Origin: Candidatus Latescibacterota bacterium
GTDB lineage: Bacteria; Latescibacterota; UBA2968; UBA8231
Length of the DNA stretch: 64,000 nucleotides
Direction of reading: 5' to 3'
Assembly: GCA_965204725.1 (NCBI GenBank)
Contig: OZ242005.1
Coordinates: forward strand, 896,001 to 960,000
Both the position numbers and the translations under genes were made by a program. The first letter of the stretch is position 1, and each line of letters begins with the position of its first letter. Of this stretch, positions 27,781-37,685 are shown piece by piece. The notes beneath the pieces were generated by a model, which was not told the DNA's origin, did not search any database, and saw only the letters and a list, made by a program, of their open reading frames with translations.

Positions 27781-29631
27781 ATGTACGCAAAGTGCTTGTT
27801 TTCTCTATCGTTGTCTTTGGTGCTCAGCGTCCCGGCGGCCCGCGCTTGCGGCGGCTTCTTCTGCACCACGGTTCCCATGAATCAAGTCGCTGAAAACATC
27901 CTCTTCATCCAAGGGGAAGGCACGGTCACGACCCACGTCCAGATCCAGTATAGCGGCACGGCCGCGGACTTTGCGTGGGTGTTGCCCCTGCCGGCCGTGC
28001 CCGAACTCGCCGTCAGCCACAACCAAATTTTCGTCGAGTTGCAGCGCGCCACTCAGCCCTCGTTCCAATTGAACTTTCAAGAGGACGTTAGCTGTGGGTT
28101 CCCCCCCATTGCATTTTCTACTAGCGTCGAGTCCGGCCCTAGGTCTGTGGAAGTCGCCTCTGAGGAGCGCGTCGGTCCCTACGACACGGCCGTCATTTCC
28201 GCGGACGATGCCGAGGCCGTCGTCGGCTGGCTCGTAGAAAATGGCTACCAACTCGGCGATCTCGGGGTCGAGCTTTTGACGCCCTATATAGAAGAGGGCT
28301 TCTACTTCTTGGCCCTCAAACTCGCGCCGGACCGCGATGTCGGCGACCTGCAACCCATCGCCATGACCTATGCGGCCGATAGACCCGGTATCCCCATCCG
28401 CCTCACCGCCGTTGCCACCGAGCCGGACTTAGGCGTCCTCGCATACGTCTTGGGCGAGCACCGCGCTGTCCCCACCAACTACCTGCACGTGCAACTCAAC
28501 AAAGCAGCCATCAATTGGTTCTTCGGCGGCTTCAACTACCAAAGTGTCGTCTCGCAAGCCGCCAATGAGGCCGGGGGCCAAGCCTTTGTCACAGAGTACG
28601 CTGGCCCCAGTGCGATCGTCGGCGACTTTTTCTTGGATACCTTTGATCTAGATGAACTGCGCCAACAGGATCATCCCGCCGACTTCATCACCACCGCCCT
28701 AGCGCAGGGTTTCCCCAACGACGCGCAGATGCAAACCCTGCTCCGCCGCCACATTCCCATGCCGTCGGTCGTGCTGACAGAAGGCGTGCTCAAAGTGGTG
28801 TTTGCCGGCGACCGCGAAGCCTACGAGCAAGCGCGCCAAGGAGGCTGGCTGCAAGACACAGCCGAAAGCTCCTTCTACGGCAACATGCGCGCGTACGACC
28901 GCTATCTCGCTGACGTTGCCTTTGACGCCCGTGCTTTTGTCGATGACTTGGAGCGCATCGTGGTTGATGCGCTGATGCAGGTGCAAGCGGTATTGGCCGA
29001 CGCGCCGTACCTCACCCGGCTCTACACCACCCTCTCGGCCGACGAGATGACCCTCGACCCGGTGTTCTCCTACAATCCCGATCTGCCTCGCGTCAGCAAT
29101 GTTCACGCTGCGGACGCCTATTGGGATTGTGCCGACCCGGAGACGACTCCGCTCGAAGAATGGGGGTTGGTCGTCGCGTTGGCCGACGGCCGCCAATTCC
29201 GCACGCTTCCGTTTACCGCGCTTGGCGATCCGCGCTCCGTGCCCGCCAATATGGAGGCCGCCGAGGTCGTCGAGCGACTAACCACGTCCGGCCCGCCGCA
29301 AGTCCTCCGCGCCTTCCCCACGACCATAGAAGCTACTGCCGGCTCCACTCCGACCGGCTGGTCCCTCTTGCCCAACTATCCCAACCCCTTCAATGCGGGC
29401 ACGATCTTGCCCTTTATCGCGCCCGACTCCGCGCCCGCCGCCCTACGCATCTACAATCTCCATGGGCAGCAGATTCGCACCCTCACCACCGACCAAGCCG
29501 CGGCCGGATACGGCGAAGTCGCTTGGGATGGACGCGACCACAGCGGCCACGTCGTGGCCAGCGGCGTGTATCTGTATCGCTTGGAGACTGAAGGGATGGA
29601 GTTGACGCGCAAGCTGCTCTTTTTGCGCTAG
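27781..29631 (+). CDS. DUF2330 domain protein with C-terminal FlgD-Ig/T9SS-type-A-like sorting domain
   Basis: Signal peptide plus ACGGFFC, DFAWVLPLP. C-terminus PNYPNPFN...IYNLHGQQIRTL...WDGRD...ASGVYLYRL. Confidence 0.8.
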   Translation: MYAKCLFSLSLSLVLSVPAARACGGFFCTTVPMNQVAENILFIQGEGTVTTHVQIQYSGTAADFAWVLPLPAVPELAVSHNQIFVELQRATQPSFQLNFQEDVSCGFPPIAFSTSVESGPRSVEVASEERVGPYDTAVISADDAEAVVGWLVENGYQLGDLGVELLTPYIEEGFYFLALKLAPDRDVGDLQPIAMTYAADRPGIPIRLTAVATEPDLGVLAYVLGEHRAVPTNYLHVQLNKAAINWFFGGFNYQSVVSQAANEAGGQAFVTEYAGPSAIVGDFFLDTFDLDELRQQDHPADFITTALAQGFPNDAQMQTLLRRHIPMPSVVLTEGVLKVVFAGDREAYEQARQGGWLQDTAESSFYGNMRAYDRYLADVAFDARAFVDDLERIVVDALMQVQAVLADAPYLTRLYTTLSADEMTLDPVFSYNPDLPRVSNVHAADAYWDCADPETTPLEEWGLVVALADGRQFRTLPFTALGDPRSVPANMEAAEVVERLTTSGPPQVLRAFPTTIEATAGSTPTGWSLLPNYPNPFNAGTILPFIAPDSAPAALRIYNLHGQQIRTLTTDQAAAGYGEVAWDGRDHSGHVVASGVYLYRLETEGMELTRKLLFLR

Positions 29632-30122
29632 GATTCCCTCGGGGATACGCGCACTTCGCTTAACTCGGGATTGAGTACAGAAAGCCCTGCCAAGGTGGCG
29701 ATCCGACAGAAGGGGCCATCAGCGCAAACAAAATAATTGAGCGGTGTATGGCTATTGACGTGAAGAGCAACGGCAAGCTGAAGAGCATCTAAGGTCCGCA
29801 AATTTTCGGTGAAAGCATAACGGGCGAGAAGTCGAACAGCTTGGTTTTGGTGTGTGCGCTCAAAAGGCAGAATGAGAAATTTTCGCTGCCGAATATCTAA
29901 AAGAAATCGAGTCCGTATCGTTTGAAACTCGTCTTGGGTAAACGTATTCATGCGCATGAGACGAAAAAAAGCCGAATGCCATTCTATCAGTCCAAGCCGT
30001 GAAATAAAAATGCGATTGTTTGGATTATCAACGAGGTCAACAACCTTTTGCCTTCCCTACTCGTTGTGATAGTACTTGATCAGAGCACTAGTATCTAAAA
30101 AACAGAAGGCATTATCGTTCAT
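29628..30122 (-). pseudogene. vapC: VapC/PIN toxin disrupted by an in-frame amber codon
   Basis: ATG 30122 reads MNDNAFCFLDTSALIKYYHNE*GRQKVV..., in frame with the listed 29957-29628 ORF (LRTLDALQLA...FVCAD). TAG at 30059-30057. Confidence 0.8.
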
Positions 30123-30420
30123 CTCGTTCTTCACTCACGATCTTTGCCATAGACCCCTTAAACTTAGATGTGATTCTGAGCACTTCCTCCATCGAGGTCG
30201 AAGCCGCTGTGGCATCGGCGTTTTCTCGATTCCATTCCAATCCCCACAAGTCGTCCTCATGAAGGTCATCCAATAGCTTCTGAGACCGATCCGGTTTTTG
30301 GAGTTGCCTTTCGATCCTTCGTTTGACTTCCCGCAGCGTGTCAGGGGGCAGTTCGCACAGGGTGTCAATGAGGTCTTTGAGGGGCAAATTAATTTCGACG
30401 TTTTTGTCAATGCTAGTCAT
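30112..30420 (-). CDS. Putative antitoxin partner of the PIN gene
   Basis: 102 aa, overlaps the toxin start; C-terminal SMAKIVSEERDER resembles VapB tails. Confidence 0.65.
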   Translation of the reverse strand: MTSIDKNVEINLPLKDLIDTLCELPPDTLREVKRRIERQLQKPDRSQKLLDDLHEDDLWGLEWNRENADATAASTSMEEVLRITSKFKGSMAKIVSEERDER

Positions 30421-30433
30421 TTTATACCTCTAT

Positions 30434-30847
30434 CTAGCGGCGGATCGCGTCCAGCTCGGGTAAGAGTTTAACGCTCTCTTGTTCGTTGGGGTCCGTCCGG
30501 GCGATCACAGCCGTGCAGGTTTCTGTCTCGCTGGGGTTGTAGGGAAGGTGAGGGACGCCGGAAGGGATGTAAACAAAGTCGCCGCTGCCGACGTATTGAT
30601 GCTCCTCTAACCGCTCGCCATACCACATTCCAGCTTGGCCGCTGATGACGTAAATAGCGGTTTCGTGGTTTTCGTGCAGGTGTGCCTTGGCCCGTCCTTT
30701 AGGGGGCATGTTCAGCAGGTGCATGCAAATCCTCTGCGAGCCAGTGGTTTCGGCTGCGACCCCCGAAATGTACGTGAGTGCCTGTTTGCCTTCGTAGGTT
30801 GCTTGGGGGCGAATCACCTTGCAGGTTGGCTTGGAGTGCTCTGACAT
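30434..30847 (-). CDS. Cupin domain protein
   Basis: Likely start ATG 30847 after GAGGAG. AHLHENHETAIY...GDFVYIPSGVPHLP cupin motifs. Confidence 0.85.
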   Translation of the reverse strand: MSEHSKPTCKVIRPQATYEGKQALTYISGVAAETTGSQRICMHLLNMPPKGRAKAHLHENHETAIYVISGQAGMWYGERLEEHQYVGSGDFVYIPSGVPHLPYNPSETETCTAVIARTDPNEQESVKLLPELDAIRR

Positions 30848-30890
30848 TCGGTTCTCCTCTGTGAGTGAGTTGGTTCTCGCGGCTGGCAGT

Positions 30891-33503
30891 TCAAGACGCC
30901 AGCCCGTCGAGCAGGTACTGCTGGATGCGGTCGAGCTCCTCGGGGCTGGCGATCTTTTGCCCCTCGGCATCGACGATGTAGAAGGCGTCTTGGGCGCGCG
31001 CCGCGACCGTGTTGATAATGGCGCGGTGAATGTTGAGACCCAGCTCGCCCAGCAGGTACGCGATTCGGTAGAGCAGGCCCACGTCGTCTTGGGCCTCGAT
31101 ATCGACGACCGTATAGCGCGCCGAGATCTGGTTGTCGAGCGCGATGCGAGGCGGCTGGTCGTACTGCCGCTGCCGGCGGCGGCGATCCCAACTGCTGCTG
31201 TACCGCTCCAGCAAGTCGCGAGCCTTGAGCCGCAGCGAGATGACCTCGTCCACCCGCTCGCGCACCCGCTCCTTCTTCCAATCGGGCAGCACCGGGCTGC
31301 CGTCGATGTCGGTCCCTTGGAAAATGTCGAGCACCACGTCGTCGGCGCGGGTGTTGACATCGGCGCGGAGGATGTTGATGTCGTTGACGGCCAAGGCACC
31401 GCAGATCTTGGCCATGAGTTGGCGCTGGTCGCGGGTGCAGACGACGATCTCGGTGTGCCCCTCGTGCTCAATGAATTCCACGACAAAAGGCTGCTCCCGG
31501 CTCAGGCGGGCGATCATCGCTAGATGCACCTTGATCTGCGCGCGGTTGTAAGCGACCAAGTAGCTGGGGGATAGCAGCTCGATGTGTTCTTGGAACTGGA
31601 CGACCCGCTGGGCCGACCAGCGGCCCTCAATGTGATCGAGGTGCTCGTTGAGCACCTGCCGAGCGCGTTGTTTGGCCTCTAGGGCCTGCATGTCCGAGTG
31701 CAATTGCTCGGCTGTCTTGTAGTACAATTCCCACAGCAAGGCCCCTTGCCAGTCGGTCCAAGCATCGGGCGCGACGGCCGACAGGTCGGCATACGAAACC
31801 AAGTAGAGCGCCCGCAGCCATTCCGCGTGGGCGAACAGCCCGGCGAACTCGGCGATCATCTCGTAGTCGTCGAGATTGCGCCGCCTAGAGATTAGCACCA
31901 TATCTTGGTGGTGCTCCACGAGGAAGCGCAGCATGGCCCGCTCCTCTTGGGCCAGCCCCATCCGCTCGCTCAACGCCTCGGTCATCTCAATGCCCCGCGC
32001 GATGTGGTCGTCGCGCTTCCACTTGCCCACGTCGTGCAAGAGTACGGCAAAGAACAGCAGGTCGCGGCGCGTGCATTGGGCGAAGATCGCCGACATACCG
32101 CCCTCCTGCTGACCGAGGGCTTCCAAGTTTTCCAGCGCGACCAGCGTGTGCTCATCGACCGTGTAGATGTGGTAGATGTCGTATTGGACCAAACAGGTCA
32201 GCCGCCCGAACTCGGGCAAGTACGCGCCCAAGACTCCTAAGTCGTGCATGCGCCGGAGGGTGTGCGCTGTGCGGTATTTGCGCTTGAGTATCTTGAAGAA
32301 CAGGTCGCGGGCCGCGGGCCGACGCCTGAATTCGTCGTCTATTAGCGGCAGACTAGCGCGTACCGCGCCCTGCGCCTGATCGCTCAACGCCAAGTTTTTG
32401 GTCTGAGCCGTGAGGAAAATTTTTAGCAGGCGCAGGGGATCGGCGGCAAAATACGCCTCGCCGTCGGCGAGGACGAGCTCCCCCTCTACCGCAGCCATGC
32501 CGCGCTCTAGATACATGCTGCGGCTGCTGTTGCGCGGCTTGTACGTCAGCCGCTGGAAGGCCCGTTCTACTAGGTGGTACACGGTGCGCGCATGGAGGTA
32601 GTAATCGCGCATGAAGCATTCGGCCGCCAGCTCTTGGCCTTGGTCCGCATAGCCCAAGGAGGCCGCGATTTGCGGCTTGAGATCGTGCTCTAGCACATCG
32701 CGCTTGCGGCCCACCGCGAAGTGGAGCGCGTGCCGCACCCGCCAGAGAAAGGCGCGGCTGCGGGCGAGGCTAGCGCCGCTCCCATCGAGATACCGGTCGA
32801 ACAAATCGCCCCATTCGGGTGCTTTGACCTTGGCTTTGAGTGCCCACTCGAACATCTGCATCTCGCGCAGGCCCCCGGGGCTTTCCTTGACATTCGGCTC
32901 TAAAAGCTGGACGGATTGCCGCGCTTGGATGCGCTGCCGGCGCAGCCGATTTAGCTCGGTGACCGTGCGCTTAGGCACGCGCTTGTAGAGCCGCTTTTGG
33001 AACTGGGCGAAAAGCGCGGCGTCGCCGGCCAGCAAGCGGCCATCCATCATCGCGGTGCGAGACTCCAGATCTTCGCGCACCGCTCGGACCACATCGTCCA
33101 ACGTGCGACTGCTGTGCCCCACCTCAAAGCCCAAGTCCCAGAGCGGATTGAATACGCCCGCGACGGTTTCGGGAACCTTGTCCTCGCTCTTGACGAACAG
33201 GAAGAGCAAGTCAACATCGGAATGCGGGGCCATTTCGCAGCGGCCGTATCCGCCCAGTGCCACCAGCGCGTGGGGGCCGGCTGTCGGGGGCATGGCGCGC
33301 TGGTAGATAGACAGCACCACCGCGTCCATGGCCTCGGCGATCCGCCGGGCCACGGCCTGCCCGTCGGCCCCGGCTTGGTGCTCGGCTTCAATCTGCGCGA
33401 GGGCATCGCGCCACAGCGGCCGCAGGGACTCGCCCAGCGATGTCCGGGGCCGCTCTTTTAGCGCGTCGGCAAATGTTTGTACAAATCCCATGAGGGTGTC
33501 CAA
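30891..33503 (-). CDS. glnD: [Protein-PII] uridylyltransferase/uridylyl-removing enzyme
   Basis: ALGGYGR..PHSDVDL NTase, EPNVKESPGGLR, YHIYTVDEH...LLHDVGK HD domain, two C-terminal ACT domains. Start may be ATG 33491. Confidence 0.95.
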   Translation of the reverse strand: MDTLMGFVQTFADALKERPRTSLGESLRPLWRDALAQIEAEHQAGADGQAVARRIAEAMDAVVLSIYQRAMPPTAGPHALVALGGYGRCEMAPHSDVDLLFLFVKSEDKVPETVAGVFNPLWDLGFEVGHSSRTLDDVVRAVREDLESRTAMMDGRLLAGDAALFAQFQKRLYKRVPKRTVTELNRLRRQRIQARQSVQLLEPNVKESPGGLREMQMFEWALKAKVKAPEWGDLFDRYLDGSGASLARSRAFLWRVRHALHFAVGRKRDVLEHDLKPQIAASLGYADQGQELAAECFMRDYYLHARTVYHLVERAFQRLTYKPRNSSRSMYLERGMAAVEGELVLADGEAYFAADPLRLLKIFLTAQTKNLALSDQAQGAVRASLPLIDDEFRRRPAARDLFFKILKRKYRTAHTLRRMHDLGVLGAYLPEFGRLTCLVQYDIYHIYTVDEHTLVALENLEALGQQEGGMSAIFAQCTRRDLLFFAVLLHDVGKWKRDDHIARGIEMTEALSERMGLAQEERAMLRFLVEHHQDMVLISRRRNLDDYEMIAEFAGLFAHAEWLRALYLVSYADLSAVAPDAWTDWQGALLWELYYKTAEQLHSDMQALEAKQRARQVLNEHLDHIEGRWSAQRVVQFQEHIELLSPSYLVAYNRAQIKVHLAMIARLSREQPFVVEFIEHEGHTEIVVCTRDQRQLMAKICGALAVNDINILRADVNTRADDVVLDIFQGTDIDGSPVLPDWKKERVRERVDEVISLRLKARDLLERYSSSWDRRRRQRQYDQPPRIALDNQISARYTVVDIEAQDDVGLLYRIAYLLGELGLNIHRAIINTVAARAQDAFYIVDAEGQKIASPEELDRIQQYLLDGLAS

Positions 33504-33760
33504 TCCAAATTCAATAAATATACGGAGAATGAGCCGTCGCGTGTAAAAGAGCCTTCCGCGTTGCGGGCCAAGTGCCCGACGATGGCTCGACGCAAGCGAA
33601 TATCCGGCGGCTCGAATTGGCGGAATTGGCGCGGCCGGGCGGCACCGGACTATTTGCCCCAGCCTTGGCGATTGGGTAGATTATAAAACCCCATCGGCGT
33701 AGGGAAGTGAGCTACAACATGCGTAGCATTGGCTATTAGGATCGTCGAGGAAAGCACAGC

Positions 33761-34888
33761 ATGGCTCAGATACAAGCAGCGATTATGACCGGCCCCGGCC
33801 AGATCGCCGTGCGTTCGTATCCCAAACCCCAGATCAAAGACGACGAAGTCCTATTGCAGGTCGAGCGTACGGGTATCTGCGGCAGCGACAAGCACCTGTT
33901 CGCCGGCCACATGGCCGTGTCGTTTCCCGTGGTCCCCGGCCACGAATTGGTGGGAACCATCGAGGAGATAGGCCCGGCCGCAGCCGATAGCTTGGCCATA
34001 GTGGGCGGCCCGGTTGCGGTGGGCGACCGCGTCACCACGACGCCTTCGTCGCGGGCCTGTGGACGGTGCTATTACTGCCTGCACATACCCCAGCGGCCCA
34101 CGCTGTGCGCCAATCGCTTTGTGTACGGATTTGTGTCCGCTGATCTCGCGCCCATGCCGCGCGGCGGCTTTGCCGAATGCCTGCATTTGACGGGCCATTC
34201 GTGGCTCTTCAAGATCCCCGACGACCTGCCCTCAGACCGGGCCGTGCTCACCGAGCCAGCGGCCGTGGCCACCCGGGCGGTAGAGCGCGCCTTGGGGCCG
34301 GGCATCCCGCACATCGGCGAGGGGTTGGGCCTCGACAAGTCCGTGCTGGTCCTCGGAGCGGGCCCCATCGGCCAGCTCGTAGTGGCGGTGCTGAGCCACA
34401 TCGGCACGGATCTGATTATCGCCGGCGACCTGAGCGCGGGCCGGTTGGAACTCGCCCGCGCCATGGGTGCTCACCAAGTGCTCGCAATGGGAGAAGGCAG
34501 CCCCGAGCAGCGGCAGCAGGCCCTCTATGACATGACCGCAGGCGTGGGGGCCGACATCGTCATTGAAACAGCCGGCGTACCCGTAGCCTTCAAGGAATCG
34601 CTTGACTTGGTGCGCCGGGGCGGGATCGTCGTGGAGGTGGGGCACTTCACGGATCCGGGGGGCGTGGAGATCCACCCACATATCGTCTGTTTTAAGGATT
34701 TGGACATTCGCGGCATGTGGGCGTACCCTTCCATGCAGTTCAAGACCGCGCTATCTTTCTTGCGCCGCACTACCGCGCCCTTGGATCGTTTTATTACGCA
34801 CCGGCTGCCGCTGTCCCACATCCGCGAGGGCCTCGACCTTACCGGCAGCGAAGAGGCCATGAAGGTAGTGGTAGAGCCGGGAAATTAA
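33761..34888 (+). CDS. Zinc-dependent medium-chain alcohol dehydrogenase
   Basis: GICGSD, GHE, CxxCxxC, GAGPIG. Confidence 0.9.
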   Translation: MAQIQAAIMTGPGQIAVRSYPKPQIKDDEVLLQVERTGICGSDKHLFAGHMAVSFPVVPGHELVGTIEEIGPAAADSLAIVGGPVAVGDRVTTTPSSRACGRCYYCLHIPQRPTLCANRFVYGFVSADLAPMPRGGFAECLHLTGHSWLFKIPDDLPSDRAVLTEPAAVATRAVERALGPGIPHIGEGLGLDKSVLVLGAGPIGQLVVAVLSHIGTDLIIAGDLSAGRLELARAMGAHQVLAMGEGSPEQRQQALYDMTAGVGADIVIETAGVPVAFKESLDLVRRGGIVVEVGHFTDPGGVEIHPHIVCFKDLDIRGMWAYPSMQFKTALSFLRRTTAPLDRFITHRLPLSHIREGLDLTGSEEAMKVVVEPGN

Positions 34889-34930
34889 CCATTTGACAGC
34901 CGCGTTAGGCTAAACCAACTTGGAAGGAAA

Positions 34931-36100
34931 ATGGCTACCTTACGACCCAAGATTCTCGTCGTTGATGACGAGCCAGATTTAGAGCATCTAGTAAGGCAAC
35001 GCATGCGCCGCGAAATTCGCTCGGGCCAGTACAGCTTTATGTTCGCCCACAACGGCGTTGAGGCCCTAGAGGTGCTAAACGAAGAGCAAGACATCGACAT
35101 GGTGCTCTCGGATATCAACATGCCCCGGATGGACGGGCTCACCTTGCTAGAGCAGATCCCCAAGGTGGACCCCAACATCCGCTCGGTCATCGTCTCGGCT
35201 TATGGCGACATGAAGAACATCCGCACGGCCATGAACCGCGGTGCGTTTGACTTCATCACCAAGCCCATTGACTTCGAGGACATGAAGGTGACCATCCAGC
35301 GGACCTTGCGCCATCTAGAGCTGTGGCGCGAGGCGCTCGAATCGCGCGATAAGTTGGTCGCCCTGCAAAACGAACTCAGCGTGGCCAACAAGATGCAGCA
35401 GTCCATCTTGCCCACCTGTTTTCCCAAGGGCCCGGGCTTTGAAATTTTCGGCAGCATGAAGCCCGCCAAAGACGTCGGCGGCGATTTCTTCGACGTCTTG
35501 GCCCTTGAAGACGGGCGCATCGGCCTCGTCGTCGCCGATGTCTCAGACAAGGGCGTACCCGCGGCCCTGTTTATGATGTCGAGCCGGACCCTACTAAAGG
35601 GCGCGGCCATCGGCCACGATGCGCCGGGCAAGGTATTGACCGAAGTAAATCAACTGCTGCAAGAAGAAAACGACGCCGCCATGTTCGTAACCGTCTTTTA
35701 CGCGGCCTTCGACCCGGCAAACGGCGAGTTTGCCTATGCCAATGGCGGGCACAATACGCCCCTTATAGTCCACGCCGATGGCAGCTCGACTTTGCTGCCG
35801 ACGACCGGCGGGGTGGCACTCGGCGTGGTGCCAGAGTTCACCTTTGAAGAAACCTCGGTGACCCTACGGCCCGGTGACCGCGTCATCTTGTACACCGACG
35901 GCGTCCCCGAAGCCGAGAACAACCAAGGCGACCAGTTCGGGTTAGAGCGCCTGTGCGACGTTTGTACCAAAGGCCCCTCCCAAGATGTCCGCGCCACCAA
36001 CGCGGCCGTTTTTGAGGCGGTCGAAGCCTTTGCCGGCGAGGCTCCTCAATTTGACGACGTCACTTGCCTGACGCTTTGCTGCAGCGAGACCGAACGATGA
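34931..36100 (+). CDS. Response regulator receiver + PP2C/SpoIIE phosphatase (RsbU/RsbP-like)
   Basis: ILVVDDE...SDINMP...KP receiver; VGGDFFD, VADVSDKG, YTDGV, DDVT phosphatase motifs. Confidence 0.9.
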   Translation: MATLRPKILVVDDEPDLEHLVRQRMRREIRSGQYSFMFAHNGVEALEVLNEEQDIDMVLSDINMPRMDGLTLLEQIPKVDPNIRSVIVSAYGDMKNIRTAMNRGAFDFITKPIDFEDMKVTIQRTLRHLELWREALESRDKLVALQNELSVANKMQQSILPTCFPKGPGFEIFGSMKPAKDVGGDFFDVLALEDGRIGLVVADVSDKGVPAALFMMSSRTLLKGAAIGHDAPGKVLTEVNQLLQEENDAAMFVTVFYAAFDPANGEFAYANGGHNTPLIVHADGSSTLLPTTGGVALGVVPEFTFEETSVTLRPGDRVILYTDGVPEAENNQGDQFGLERLCDVCTKGPSQDVRATNAAVFEAVEAFAGEAPQFDDVTCLTLCCSETER

Positions 36101-36519
36101 GTGCTCAGAGATCACTGCGCATGGCGACCGATTTAGACGAGCTACGCAAGGTCAACGCCGCTATTGAGGAGATTGCAGAGGAAGAAAACTGGCCTCCAGA
36201 CGTCACCTTTCAGATCGGGCTGGCCATTGAGGAATTGGGGGTCAACATCGTCGAGTACGGGCACGACGACGGCAAAGTCCACGAAATCAAGATCGTCATC
36301 ACCTCCGAGGACGAGGTGATCACAATCGAGATCGAGGACGATGGCCGGGCCTTCAATCCGCTCAGCGACGCTCCAGAGCCGGACTTGGAAGCCGCCGTTG
36401 AAGACCGCACTGTGGGCGGCCTCGGCGTCCACCTCGTGCGCACCATGATGGACGAGGTCCACTACCAGCGACAGCAGGACAAAAACTGCCTGACCTTGGT
36501 CAAGCGGAGGGCTAGTTGA
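36097..36519 (+). CDS. Anti-sigma factor / Ser kinase (RsbW-like)
   Basis: ATGA overlap with the previous gene; EELGVNIVEYG, EDDGRAFNP, GGLGVHLVRTMMD. Confidence 0.88.
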   Translation: MSAQRSLRMATDLDELRKVNAAIEEIAEEENWPPDVTFQIGLAIEELGVNIVEYGHDDGKVHEIKIVITSEDEVITIEIEDDGRAFNPLSDAPEPDLEAAVEDRTVGGLGVHLVRTMMDEVHYQRQQDKNCLTLVKRRAS

Positions 36520-37685
36520 ACCGCGTGCTTGCTTTGTGCGCGGCCGCGCTGCTGGTTGCGGGTGCTGTGCTTGGCGAGGAACAACCCGGCGTTTCCGACC
36601 GGAGTATCCTCTTTGGCCAATCCGCCGCCTTTAGTGGGCCAGCCCAAGAGTTGGGCCGGAACATGCGGCTCGGGATGCAGGCGGCCTTCTGGGAGGTGAA
36701 TGAGCAGGGCGGGGTCCACGGGCGTCGGCTCGAATTGGTATCGTTTGACGACGGGTACGAACCAAAATCCGCCATTGACAACACCCGCCAGTTGATCGGG
36801 GGCGAGCAGGTTTTCGCGCTGATCGGTGCCGTTGGTACCCCAACCTCGCTCGCCGCCGTTCCCATTGCCGAAGACGCGGGCGTTCCCTACATCGCTCCCT
36901 TCACGGGCAGTAGTTTTCTCCGCGACCCCAAGTGGCAGGGCGTGGTCAACATGCGCGCCTCCTACTTTCAGGAAACCGAAGAAATCGTCGCCCGTCTGAC
37001 CGACAGCTTAGGAGTCAAGCGCATTGCCATAATGTACCAAGACGACTCCTTCGGCCGAGAGGGGTTTCGCGGTGTGCGGCGAGCGCTAGAGCGTCGCGAG
37101 CTATCCCTCGTGTCAGTCGGCGTGTATCCGCGCAATACCACGGCCGTAAAAACCGCCTTACTCGACCTGCGCGGCGGCCAGCCCCAGGCCGTGATCTTGG
37201 TCGGGACCTATGAGCCGGTCGCAACCTTAATCGCCTGGGCCCAAGCGACGGGTTTCAACCCCATCTTTGCGACCATCTCATTCGTGGGCAGTAAAGCATT
37301 GGCGCGGGAGCTCGGCCCCGCCGGCACGGGGGTTTTGGTCTCGCAGGTCGTGCCCTTCCCAACAGCCACCGATCCGGCCATCGTCGGCTCGTACCGCAGC
37401 GCCCTCACAGCCTACGCTCCCAAGGCCGAGCCTAGCTTTGTCTCATTCGAGGGCTACCTCGCCGGTCGCTTAGCCATCGCCGCCCTCACCGGCTGCGGGC
37501 GGGAGGTCAGCCGCGCCTGCCTATTAGAAAACTTGCGCCGCGCCGATGTCATCAATCTAGAGGGGTTCAAGCTGCGCTATGGGGATGGCGATAATCAGGG
37601 GTCGGACGCAGTATTCCTCACCGCGATCGACCGCGATGGCGAATATCGCCCCATCCAATCCTTGGAGAGCGCGACGAAGCCATGA
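36516..37685 (+). CDS. Periplasmic binding protein, branched-chain amino acid/amide (LivJ-like) family
   Basis: FGQSAAFSGP, NEQGGVHGRRLEL..DDGYEP; no ABC permease or ATPase adjacent. Confidence 0.85.
   Translation: MNRVLALCAAALLVAGAVLGEEQPGVSDRSILFGQSAAFSGPAQELGRNMRLGMQAAFWEVNEQGGVHGRRLELVSFDDGYEPKSAIDNTRQLIGGEQVFALIGAVGTPTSLAAVPIAEDAGVPYIAPFTGSSFLRDPKWQGVVNMRASYFQETEEIVARLTDSLGVKRIAIMYQDDSFGREGFRGVRRALERRELSLVSVGVYPRNTTAVKTALLDLRGGQPQAVILVGTYEPVATLIAWAQATGFNPIFATISFVGSKALARELGPAGTGVLVSQVVPFPTATDPAIVGSYRSALTAYAPKAEPSFVSFEGYLAGRLAIAALTGCGREVSRACLLENLRRADVINLEGFKLRYGDGDNQGSDAVFLTAIDRDGEYRPIQSLESATKP

Noticed and set aside
30848-31486. 350-aa ORF extension upstream of the cupin
   Set aside because: It is an alternative frame inside glnD; the RBS and cupin domain begin at 30847.
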